A stretch of DNA of 64,000 bases, taken from contig JACQXA010000004.1 of NCBI GenBank assembly GCA_016208975.1, forward strand, positions 2,013,941 through 2,077,940, given 5' to 3'. Below are positions 18,604-27,997 of this stretch, one piece after another. The stretch is from Nitrospinota bacterium (GTDB lineage: Bacteria; Nitrospinota_A; UBA7883; JACRLM01). Each line of letters opens with the position of its first letter. Position 1 is the stretch's first letter. The notes beneath the pieces were generated by a model. The model searched no databases and was not told where the DNA came from. It saw only the letters and a list, made by a program, of their open reading frames with translations. The translations under genes and the position numbers were made by a program.

Positions 18604-21024
18604 TTGAAGAAATATATTTGCGTCCACGGGCATTTTTACCAGCCGCCCAGGGAAAACCCATGGCTTGAGATCATCGAAGTCCAGGATTCGGCCAACCCAT
18701 ACCACGACTGGAACGAGCGGATAAACCGGGAATGTTACGCGCCCAACACCGTGTCGCGGGTGATGGGGGCCGATGGGCGCGTGGCGGCGCTGGAAAACAA
18801 TTTCGAGATGATGAGTTTCAACATAGGCCCCACCCTGTTTTCCTGGCTGGAGAAGAACGACCCGGACACCTATCTGCGCGTTATCGACGCGGACAAGTAC
18901 AGCCGCTGGGAGAACGACGGCCACGGCTCGGCCATCGCCCAGGCTTATAACCACATCATAATGCCCCTGGCTTCCGACCGGGACAAGGAAACGCAGATAA
19001 AATGGGGCCTGGCCGATTTCATCTACCGGTTCGGCAGAAAACCGGAGGGCATGTGGCTTCCCGAGACGGCGGTGGACAAAAAAACCCTCCAGATGCTGGC
19101 CGATCACGGAATCTCGTTCACCATACTGGCCCAGTCTCAAGCCAAGGCGGTGAAAGAGAAGGGGACTACGGAGTGGCAATCCCTAAGTAGCGGCATAGAC
19201 CCAAGCCGTTCCTATCTTTGCGAGCTGGACGGGGGGCGCTCCATCAACCTGTTCTTCTACGACGGTCCCATAAGCCAGGCGGTGGCTTTCGAAGGGCTGT
19301 TAGCCAGCGGCGACAGGTTCATCGAGAGGCTCAAAACAGGTTTTTCCGACGCGCGCCAGTGGCCCCAGCTTCTCCATATCGCCACCGATGGCGAGACATA
19401 CGGGCACCATCACAGGTTTGGCGAGATGGCGCTGACCTACGCGCTCAACAAGTTCAAGGAATCGGAGGATGTGATCCTGACCAACTATGGCCAGTTCCTC
19501 TCCATCCACCCGCCCACGTTGCTGGTGGACATACACGATAATTCCTCCTGGTCGTGCGCCCACGGCGTGGAGCGGTGGAGGAGCGATTGCGGATGCAAGA
19601 TCGGTAGCGGTCCGGGCTGGAACCAGAAATGGCGAGGCCCGTTGCGGCGGTCGCTGGAAATACTGAAGGTGGAGCTGGACAGCGTTTTCGAGAACGAGGG
19701 GGAGAAGGTTTTCAAAGACCCGTGGGAGGCGCGCAACGCTTACATAGAGGTGATCCTGGACAGGACGAGGCTTGCCCCGTTCCTGGAGGAGCATGCGCGC
19801 CGCCCGTTGCAGGGGGAGGACAGGATAAAGGCCGCCAAGCTCATGGAGTTCCAGCGGAACGCGATGCTCATGTTCACCTCTTGCGGGTGGTTTTTTGACG
19901 ATGTCTCCGGCATCGAGACCCAGCAGATTTTAAAATACGCCGCCCGGGCCATACAGCTATGCGAGGATGTTTCAACAGCCCGTCCGGAAAAGGAATTTTT
20001 AAAAGCCCTCAAAGAGGCCAAAAGCAACATCCCGCAAAACGGCGACGCCGAGAAGATCTATTGCAAACACGCCTTGCCCGAAAAGGCTTCCCTGGCGCGG
20101 GTGATGGCCAACTCCGCCATCGTGGCCGCGCTGAACCAGGGCGGGGCGGACGGCCTGGGCGAGTCTTACGCGGTGGTGGAGAACGACAGGGTGAGTGAAG
20201 ATTATGGCGATAACACTTTGTCGCTATGCCGGGCGGAGGTCTCCTCTTCTGTGACGCTGGAGAGCGCCTCCTTCCTGGTGGCCACGTTGCGCCTTGGCGG
20301 GTCCGACGTTACCTGCTTTGTAAAGCCGGACGGCGACGAGCTTTCCTTCGGCCCGGCCGTAAACGAAATATATTCCGCATGGCGCAGAAAACCCCTCACT
20401 GAGGTGATACGAAAGCTAGACTCAAACTTCGAGGGCGGGGAGACCTTCATGCTCAAAGACCTTTTTATCGAGCAGAGGAGAAAGACCGTGGCCGGCCTTA
20501 TGTCCCATCACGTCAGCCGGTTCACGGACACGTATAAACAACTGTTCTTCGAGAACCGCAGGATGATGGACTATTTCACCGACGCGGGCGTTCCCATCCC
20601 CTCCGAACTGCGGATGGCCGCCCAGTACATCCTGGAAAAAGAGCTTCTTTCGGTGACTCGGGACCTTGAGAACGCCGACAATCTCGACAAGCTGGCGGAC
20701 CTTATGTGGGACATCCAGCGGTGGGGGCTGGATGTGAATCTGAACGAGGCGCGCAAGGCGGCCGAGGCCGATTTGTGGAAGAAGATGAATGGCGTGGTGA
20801 AGGCGCATGACCTTTCCCCGGTCCCCTCGATGATTAAGACGTTGCTGAGCCTCAACGCCGCGGGCCTTCAAATAGACCTGTGGAGGATGCAAAACCTTTT
20901 CGCCGAGGTGTATTTTGAGTCGGGCCGGGCCAAGGACGACCCGTTCTATGGAAGCAGACAGCTGAAGAAGCTTGGGATATTGCTCAGCTTCTCCTACGCC
21001 GAACCCAAGACGCGGGAGGCGTAA
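18604..21024 (+). CDS. GH57-family alpha-glucan hydrolase/glucanotransferase (alpha-amylase-type, DUF3536-like C-terminus)
   Basis: TTG start; KYICVHGHFYQPPRENPW canonical GH57 N-terminus. Confidence 0.88.
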   Translation: MKKYICVHGHFYQPPRENPWLEIIEVQDSANPYHDWNERINRECYAPNTVSRVMGADGRVAALENNFEMMSFNIGPTLFSWLEKNDPDTYLRVIDADKYSRWENDGHGSAIAQAYNHIIMPLASDRDKETQIKWGLADFIYRFGRKPEGMWLPETAVDKKTLQMLADHGISFTILAQSQAKAVKEKGTTEWQSLSSGIDPSRSYLCELDGGRSINLFFYDGPISQAVAFEGLLASGDRFIERLKTGFSDARQWPQLLHIATDGETYGHHHRFGEMALTYALNKFKESEDVILTNYGQFLSIHPPTLLVDIHDNSSWSCAHGVERWRSDCGCKIGSGPGWNQKWRGPLRRSLEILKVELDSVFENEGEKVFKDPWEARNAYIEVILDRTRLAPFLEEHARRPLQGEDRIKAAKLMEFQRNAMLMFTSCGWFFDDVSGIETQQILKYAARAIQLCEDVSTARPEKEFLKALKEAKSNIPQNGDAEKIYCKHALPEKASLARVMANSAIVAALNQGGADGLGESYAVVENDRVSEDYGDNTLSLCRAEVSSSVTLESASFLVATLRLGGSDVTCFVKPDGDELSFGPAVNEIYSAWRRKPLTEVIRKLDSNFEGGETFMLKDLFIEQRRKTVAGLMSHHVSRFTDTYKQLFFENRRMMDYFTDAGVPIPSELRMAAQYILEKELLSVTRDLENADNLDKLADLMWDIQRWGLDVNLNEARKAAEADLWKKMNGVVKAHDLSPVPSMIKTLLSLNAAGLQIDLWRMQNLFAEVYFESGRAKDDPFYGSRQLKKLGILLSFSYAEPKTREA

Positions 21025-21042
21025 ACGCGGCGCCCGGCGCCA

Positions 21043-21639
21043 TTAGAAAAGCCAGCCGAACAGGAACGCGTACTGGATGTGGTCGGCGTCCCCCTTGGAG
21101 TCGAACAGGTTCACCTCGGTGCCTTCAAGTATTCGCACGCTCCCGCCCACCTGGAAATTCTCGAAGAATATGTAATTGAGCCCCACGGCCCCGAAATAGC
21201 CCGCCCGGTTGGAATCGGTATCCGACCCGGTGGGGGTGGATGTGGATCCCCCCTCAATTTTGGCCGTGGTCCATGAAACCCCCGCGGCGAGGTACGGCTC
21301 GATATTATCCAGCCTGAAATTGGTTTTGGCCCCCACGCCCAGCTCAACAGTGGTTCCGGTTACGGCGTAAGTCCCCCCGCCGGAAGAGGCTATCGCGTCG
21401 GCGCTTTTGCGTGAAGAATGGGCGGTCACCAAGAAATGCGCGGGCCAATATTCTTTGCCGAACGCCGCTTCCATCCCAACAACGGTTTGGGACTCCACGG
21501 GCTCCCAATATTTTTGGGTGATATTTCTTTGCCCCGCGATGATGTTGAAACTTCCCGTCCAGCCGCCGTCGTTATCCGCCGCCAGGGATGGGGTGGCAAG
21601 GAACATGGCCACAGCCGTTAGAAGCGCCGCAAGTCTCAT
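21043..21639 (-). CDS. outer-membrane beta-barrel protein (OmpW/OmpA-like small porin)
   Basis: signal peptide ..ATPSLAADN, alternating amphipathic strands, C-terminal ..LFGWLF. Confidence 0.75.
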   Translation of the reverse strand: MRLAALLTAVAMFLATPSLAADNDGGWTGSFNIIAGQRNITQKYWEPVESQTVVGMEAAFGKEYWPAHFLVTAHSSRKSADAIASSGGGTYAVTGTTVELGVGAKTNFRLDNIEPYLAAGVSWTTAKIEGGSTSTPTGSDTDSNRAGYFGAVGLNYIFFENFQVGGSVRILEGTEVNLFDSKGDADHIQYAFLFGWLF

Positions 21640-21732
21640 GGAGTTCCCCGAAAAAGGTTTAAAAAGGGTTAGCCAAATATACCAGATTGCCGTTCATGCG
21701 GGGGCTAATTTTAGAAATCCTTTTCCCCATCT

Positions 21733-24700
21733 TTACGGTCTGGCTATCAAAAGCCTTCTGGCGCGGGGGATAAGCTCCGAAGGATCCATCTGTTTGGTTA
21801 TGAAATCGTCGGCCCCCATTTTGAAAGCCTTCTCCCGGGTCTCCAGACGCGAGTCGCTGGTGATGACCATCACAGGTATTTCTTTCATGGCCGTCTTTAT
21901 ATGCGCCACCAGCGAAAAACCGTCCTTGCCTGGCATCGAAATGTCCGTGATAACCAGATGGGGCTTCCTTTGGCGTAACATCTCAATCGCAGTGTCCACA
22001 TCCCCGGCTTCCATGATGTCCACATCCATCGCCCGCAGTTGCTCCTTGATCATAAAGCGGATAACCGGCTCGTCATCCACGGCCAGCACCAGCGGCCGCG
22101 TTGGCGGCAGGCTGGCGAAGAATGTGGAGCCTTTCCCCAACTCCGACTCCACGCCGAGGGAACCGCCGTGGGCCCTCATAATATCGCTGGAAAGCGGCAG
22201 GCCCAGGCCCGAGCCCAGCTCTCCAGCGGTGCCCGGCTGGGAGGTTTTCTCCTCGTGGATGAATATCCTCTGGATGTTCTCGGGGCTTATCCCGGTTCCG
22301 GTGTCTTGCACGGCCAGGGTGGACACGCTTTCTTCCGGCGCGAAGATGGTTATCCTGTCCCCCTTGCGGGAGAACTTTATGGCGTTGGACACCATGTTGT
22401 GGATCACCTCCGAGAACAGGTCCGGGTCGGCGTATATCCTGTAATCGGGCTGAACCTGGTTTACTACCGCTATGCCCTTGTTCTGCGCCAGATACGACAG
22501 ACCGCCAGCCACCCTTGCGACGATGGCGAACCCGTCCAGGAATCTTGGTTTCGGGGTGATTGTGCCTGTTTTCAAACGGCTGATGCTTAAAAGCTCCCCG
22601 ATCATCCTGGTGAGGTTGCCGCCGCTTTCGATTATCTTGCCTATGATCTCCCGGTGCTCCGGATGGAGAGGCCGCTCCCTGTCCTCGTCTATAAGCTTTA
22701 ACAGGCCCAGGATGGAGGCGAACGGCGACCGCAAATCATGCGCCACCAGTGAAATGAACTTGTCCTTAAGCTTAGTGGCGTCCTCGGCGTTTTCCTTGGC
22801 GGCAAGAAGCTCCTGCTCGGCCTGTTTGCGCCCGGAGATGTTGGTGGCGAAAGCCGCCTCGCCAATAACTTTTCCCTCCGCGTCCCCGAGCGTGGCCGCG
22901 TTGATGATAACGGGTATGCCCATGCCGTTTTTGGCCCGCAGGGTTACATCGAAAACCCTGTGCGTGGTGGTGTGGATAATGTCCGCATGGCTCCGGATGA
23001 TTGCGGCGTTCCGCTCGTCGGCGAATTCATAGGGCTTTTTGCCGATCATTTCATCAATCGTGTAGCCCAGCATTTCCAGGAGGGACAGGTTCACCTCCAC
23101 CATTTCAAATTGCGGGTTCACCATCCAGAACCCTTCGGATGTGGTGTTGATGATGTTGCGGTATTTCCTCTCGCTCTCCCTCAGCGCGTCCTCGGCCACC
23201 TTGTGTTCGGTAAGGTCCTGAAGGATCCAGATAACCCCTTTTTCCACGTTGGCCGGATCCAGCGCCCTGCCGATTAGATGGCACCAGAACAGTTCGCCGC
23301 TCTTGCGCCGCATCCTGCCCTCGGCGGAATAGGTTTCCCCCGCCTTCATCACGTCATAGGCTTCCATTCCAAGCCTTTCATGGGTTTCCTGGTCCGTGTA
23401 AATATTGCGGGTGGACTGGCCTATAATTTCATCTCTAGAGTATCCGAACATCTCCTCGAACTTGTTGTTCACCCTCGCCCAATGCCTTTTTATGGTCCAC
23501 GCTATCCCGGCGCCCGCGTTTTCCAGGATGATCGAAAGCTCGGACAGCGTGTCTGAAAGCCTTTCCTGGGTCTCTTTCAAACTGGTGATGTCCTCGAAGG
23601 TCACGAACGCCCCGGATAGCGCGGCGGAGTCTTCTTCAAAAATGGGCATGGCATGCAGTTTTATCCACTTTATCCTCCCCTCAACGGGGTTCTCTACGCC
23701 AATCAACGCATCGCGGGATTCCTTCCCGCTCAGAACCGCCCTAAGCGCAGGGTGACGGCTGGGTTCCACACGTCTCCAATGTTCATCCACGGCGGGGGTG
23801 AACGGGGCGGGAGCCTTTAGGGTGTACATCGTTTTTTCCTCGATACCCAGTATGTCCCTGGCCGCCGGGTTGGCCGAAACCACGCCGCCTCCCGAGTCCA
23901 TGTAGATCACCCCTTGCGCCATGGTCTCCAGTAGTACCCTGCGGCGCTCCTCCAGCCTCCGGATCTCCTCCTCCACGGCCTTTCTTTCGGTTATGTCGTC
24001 GGCGGTGAATATCATCCCGTCGAACGCGCCATCTTTCACCATGGGCACAAGCCACCCGGACTGCCAGGTGGCCCTCCCGGCGGGGGTGGCTATCGCCAGC
24101 GAATCGAAGAAAATGGGGGCCAGGCCGGTTTTGGTCTTTTCGTAATACTCCCGGAACGGCTTGGCCGTCTCGCTTTGAAGGGCGGAAAATACGTTTTCCC
24201 CCACTATGCTGGCCAGCGACACGCCCGCTATAACGGTCATTCCCCTGTTGGCGTAGGTGACGGTGTCGCTGGCGTCGGTAACCAGCACCCCGCTTATCAC
24301 CGATTCGAGGATGTTGGAGTAGAAGTTCTTTAAGCCCTCAATCCTTTCCTCGGCCTTAACCCTGTCGGAAATGTCCCTTATCATGGCGAAGATGACATCC
24401 CGCCCCTTCCACGAGAACGGCCCCGCGGAAATTTCCACCGGGAAAACCTCGCCATCCTTTTTCCTGTGCCATCGAAGTGGTAGCTTTATGTCACCATCGG
24501 TGGCCGCCTGCTCCATATATTCCCGGGCTTTTCCCGGGTCGGAACTGATAGTGTCCAGCGGCATCTTTAACAGCTCTTCCATGGAGTAACCATAAAGCTT
24601 CAGGAACGACTCGTTGGCGTCCAGGAAAGATTGTTTCTCCCGGTCGAACACGCATATGGCGTCTATGGAGTTTGTGAATATCCGGCGGTATTTCTGTTCG

Positions 24701-26505
24701 CTCTCCAGAAGCTCCTTCTCTATTCTCTTGCGTTTGGAAATATCCTCCACCAGGGTTATCACCCACTTGATGGCGCCGGTATCGTCCCTTACGGCGGTGG
24801 AGGCCACGTTCACCCACTCTATGCCTCCGCTTTTGTGGATGCACCGCTCCTCAATGGTAAAAAACTCGCGCCGGCCCTGTACCATTTCCCGGAACAAGGA
24901 CAGGTTCAACTCCAGATCATGGGGATGGGTAAAATCGGCCCAGCGCAGGGAAGCCAACTCATCTTCGCTGTAACCCACTATATGGCAGAAAGCCGGATTG
25001 GCATGTACGATCCGGCCCTTTTCGTCCCCCAAAACCACGCCGAAGGGGGATCGTTCGAAAACCGCCCTGTACTTGGCCTCGCTAAGCTTGAGCGCCGCCG
25101 CCGTTTTGTCTATCTCCTTTCGGGCCTGTACCAGCGAAGATATGTCCCTGCCCACCCCCACCGCGCCGGTAATCTCCCCCTTGGAGTCCAGGATAGGCGT
25201 AACGGAAGTGTGGAAATAAATGGGCGCGCCGCCAGGCCCGCTGGTGGACCATTCATACGAAGCGCTTTCGCCGGCCAACGCGCGCTGGAAAGCCCAACCA
25301 TGGATGTCGCTATTGTCCTCCCCATAAATTTCCTGCGCGGTCTTTCCAATGAAATCCTCCGGAGCTACGCCCGCCGCCGCCAGGCCCTTGCCGTATAAAC
25401 CTGTGTGGCGCTGTTCCTTGTCCAGCGTGAACACCATCTCGTCCATGGAATCCACCAGGGTCTTGAACCGCTCTTCGCTCTTACGCCACTCCTTGGACAT
25501 CTCGGCGGCCATGGCCACTGCCCTCATGTGGGTGCTTGTTATTACCAGGGCCACAATGAAAAGAAGTAAACTCACAGTTACGCCGAACGCCAGGACGTAA
25601 AACGGCCTGTCCCAATCCACATCCCCTTTGTACGAGGGAGTTGTGAAGAACCTGAAAGTCCATGGAGTGTCCCCGATCTCCATGATTTCCAGCTTTTCGA
25701 AAAGCGGAAGTTCCGCCGTCCAGAACGAGGGCCCTGAAATGGGCGTATAGCCGCCCAAGAAATGTTCCGTGTCAGTGTTTTTCCCCTCGTATACCTCAAC
25801 ACCCATTCCAGGCTCTACCGTTTGGGGCACGGGCGCTATCAACTGGTTGAGGTCAATCAACGCGATGACCAGCATTTTATGTTTTGCCTGTGCGCCCGGG
25901 TTGCTTGGGCCAGCGTCCAGCATCATGTAGATAAAGATGCGTGGCGGCCCCGAAACCCCTTCCAGGGTGTATGCCCTGGTGGCGGAGGATGTGACGATAA
26001 AACCAGTCTTTAAAACTTTATCCACAAGGGGCCCGTGAAAGGGGCTTGCGGCCAGGTCCGCCCCCTTGCTGATTGGCGCATGAGGATCCAGCAGTCTTGT
26101 GAAGGTTACGGGAACATGTATTTGCCCATTTGGCTCCGTTTCCACTTTGGCCACGGCCAGGGCGCGGAACGCTTTGTACTTGTCGAATATGGCAAAATAA
26201 TTTAAGTACTCATCCCATTTTGCCGTTCCAAGGTCGTTTCCTGACGCCATCCAGTAACCAAGCATTCCGCGCATTACATACTCGTGGTCCACTATCTCCC
26301 CGAAAATGGCCTGTTTGAATAAGTCGGAGTGAAGATCAAAATGGTATTGCGCTGAACTTTGAACCTGCTGGATGGATTGCCTCCAGCTGAAGATTACGAT
26401 AGCCAGGGATACCGCCAACACAATGAAAGCCGGATACAGGCTGGATTTGGAAGAGGCGGGACGTGAACTTTTGCCGTTTCTGGGAGAATTCGCCTGCCCG
26501 TTCAT
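21733..26505 (-). CDS. 1590-aa hybrid sensor histidine kinase: N-terminal periplasmic sensor between two TMs, ~7 PAS/PAC domains, HisKA, HATPase_c, C-terminal receiver
   Basis: LVAHDLRSPFASILG H-box, G-boxes, DDEPVIRFMIKEQL receiver with conserved Asp; repeated PAS cores. Confidence 0.9.
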   Translation of the reverse strand: MNGQANSPRNGKSSRPASSKSSLYPAFIVLAVSLAIVIFSWRQSIQQVQSSAQYHFDLHSDLFKQAIFGEIVDHEYVMRGMLGYWMASGNDLGTAKWDEYLNYFAIFDKYKAFRALAVAKVETEPNGQIHVPVTFTRLLDPHAPISKGADLAASPFHGPLVDKVLKTGFIVTSSATRAYTLEGVSGPPRIFIYMMLDAGPSNPGAQAKHKMLVIALIDLNQLIAPVPQTVEPGMGVEVYEGKNTDTEHFLGGYTPISGPSFWTAELPLFEKLEIMEIGDTPWTFRFFTTPSYKGDVDWDRPFYVLAFGVTVSLLLFIVALVITSTHMRAVAMAAEMSKEWRKSEERFKTLVDSMDEMVFTLDKEQRHTGLYGKGLAAAGVAPEDFIGKTAQEIYGEDNSDIHGWAFQRALAGESASYEWSTSGPGGAPIYFHTSVTPILDSKGEITGAVGVGRDISSLVQARKEIDKTAAALKLSEAKYRAVFERSPFGVVLGDEKGRIVHANPAFCHIVGYSEDELASLRWADFTHPHDLELNLSLFREMVQGRREFFTIEERCIHKSGGIEWVNVASTAVRDDTGAIKWVITLVEDISKRKRIEKELLESEQKYRRIFTNSIDAICVFDREKQSFLDANESFLKLYGYSMEELLKMPLDTISSDPGKAREYMEQAATDGDIKLPLRWHRKKDGEVFPVEISAGPFSWKGRDVIFAMIRDISDRVKAEERIEGLKNFYSNILESVISGVLVTDASDTVTYANRGMTVIAGVSLASIVGENVFSALQSETAKPFREYYEKTKTGLAPIFFDSLAIATPAGRATWQSGWLVPMVKDGAFDGMIFTADDITERKAVEEEIRRLEERRRVLLETMAQGVIYMDSGGGVVSANPAARDILGIEEKTMYTLKAPAPFTPAVDEHWRRVEPSRHPALRAVLSGKESRDALIGVENPVEGRIKWIKLHAMPIFEEDSAALSGAFVTFEDITSLKETQERLSDTLSELSIILENAGAGIAWTIKRHWARVNNKFEEMFGYSRDEIIGQSTRNIYTDQETHERLGMEAYDVMKAGETYSAEGRMRRKSGELFWCHLIGRALDPANVEKGVIWILQDLTEHKVAEDALRESERKYRNIINTTSEGFWMVNPQFEMVEVNLSLLEMLGYTIDEMIGKKPYEFADERNAAIIRSHADIIHTTTHRVFDVTLRAKNGMGIPVIINAATLGDAEGKVIGEAAFATNISGRKQAEQELLAAKENAEDATKLKDKFISLVAHDLRSPFASILGLLKLIDEDRERPLHPEHREIIGKIIESGGNLTRMIGELLSISRLKTGTITPKPRFLDGFAIVARVAGGLSYLAQNKGIAVVNQVQPDYRIYADPDLFSEVIHNMVSNAIKFSRKGDRITIFAPEESVSTLAVQDTGTGISPENIQRIFIHEEKTSQPGTAGELGSGLGLPLSSDIMRAHGGSLGVESELGKGSTFFASLPPTRPLVLAVDDEPVIRFMIKEQLRAMDVDIMEAGDVDTAIEMLRQRKPHLVITDISMPGKDGFSLVAHIKTAMKEIPVMVITSDSRLETREKAFKMGADDFITKQMDPSELIPRARRLLIARP

Positions 26506-26643
26506 AGTTTATGGTTCTCTCGATTGACCTGACTCAAAGAGCGTTCAACCTGAATCGCGGGCGCATATACCACCGCAACTGTAACCCCTGGGGAAATTAT
26601 ATCTTTTTCGCGGGGCGTTTGGAACAAATGGGATTATTTGGTG

Positions 26644-26786
26644 GTGTCCCAGTTTGAATCTCAAATAATAGACAGATCCTTCACTTCGCTTGCGCTTCGC
26701 TCAGGATGACAATGTTATCAGCGGCTTTTATATTGTCATTCTGAGCGTAAGTGAAGAATCTCCCCTGTACTTTCAAACCGGGACAC
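26644..26786. mobile_element. MITE-like palindromic element, copy B (inverted relative to copy A)
   Basis: reverse complement matches 5747..5889 at ~95%; TIR gtgtcccagtttgaa/ttcaaaccgggacac; lies between prfB 3' end and histidine-kinase start. Confidence 0.8.
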
Positions 26787-26859
26787 CACCTATTATTTGA
26801 GGTTAGGACAGGAGGTTGCTCTAAGGCCATGGCTGTGGAATTGCCATGGGCCTGCGGGT

Positions 26860-27997
26860 TTAAATATCCTCCAACTCCTCCACCGCATCTTCCCCGGCCT
26901 TGGCGGGGCCTTTTAGAAGATACCCCTCGATGAATTCATCCAGCGCCCCGTCCAGCACGGCGTTGACGTTGCCGGTTTCTATCCTCGTCCGCAGGTCTTT
27001 TACCATCTGGTATGGTTGCAGTACATAAGAGCGGATCTGGGATCCCCACTGGATGCCTTTCTTCTCGCCGGTGATGCCGTCCAGCCTCTGCCTGCGTTTT
27101 TCCTCTTCGATGGCGAACAGCTTGCCTTTTAGCACTTTCAGCGCGTAGGCCTTGTTCTTGTGCTGGCTCCGCTCGTTCTGGCAGGCCACCACGATGCCGC
27201 TGGGGATGTGGGTAATGCGCACAGCCGAGTCGGTGGTGTTTACGCTCTGCCCCCCGGCGCCGGAGGAACGGTAAACGTCCACCCTTATTTCTTCTTCCTT
27301 TATCACCACCTCGATGTCGTCTTCTATATCCGGCGTTACGGACACGGAGGTGAAAGAGGTATGTCTGCGTTTGTTGGCGTCGAAAGGGGAGATGCGCACA
27401 AGCCTGTGCACCCCCGCCTCGGCTTTCATGTATCCATAGGCGTAGTCCCCCTGCACGATGAACGTGGCGGATTTAACGCCAGCCTCGTCTCCGGGGAGCA
27501 GGTCCACAATCTGTGTTTTGTATCCCCGCCTCTCGGCCCAGCGCAGGTACATGCGCATTAGCATCTCCGCCCAGTCCTGAGACTCGGTGCCTCCGGCGCC
27601 CGGATGGATTTCCACGATGGCGTTGTCCATGTCGTGCTCGCCGGAAAGCATTGCGGCGATCTCCACCTTTTCGGTTTCCTTGGCCAGCAGGCTCGCGTCT
27701 TTACAGGTTTCGGCGAAAAGCTCCGGCTCGGCCTGGGGATCCACGATCTGGGCGAACTCGTCCAGGTCAGCAAGCCGTTTGGACAAAGCGTTAAACCCGT
27801 CGAGGGTCCTGATGATCGCGGCGCGCTTTTTAAGGAAAGGCTGGGCGGCTTCGGGCTTGTCCCAAAAACCGGGTGAGGCTATTTTCTTGTCGAGCGAGGC
27901 CAGTTCGGCGGTTTTGGATTCTATGTCAAAGATGACCTCGGAGCCTGGTGAGTTTGGCCCGGGTCTGTTCCAATAATGCGGAAAAATCCTCGTTCAT
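26860..27997 (-). CDS. prfB: peptide chain release factor 2 with programmed +1 frameshift (frame-0: 27997..27929, 23 codons ending CTT TGA C; +1 frame: 27927..26860)
   Basis: MNEDFSALLEQTRAKLTRLRGHL-stop then DIESKTAELASLDKK.. joins ORF 26860..27786 (SGAGGQSVNTTDSAVRITH GGQ motif); GAGG SD-like element 4 nt before CTT. Confidence 0.93.

Noticed and set aside
5890-26643. MITE-bounded 20.7-kb segment as a genomic island / composite transposon
   Set aside because: Content is housekeeping (tRNA-Arg, maf, coaE, pcm, glucan metabolism) with no integrase, transposase or compositional shift. The MITEs are more likely independent insertions.
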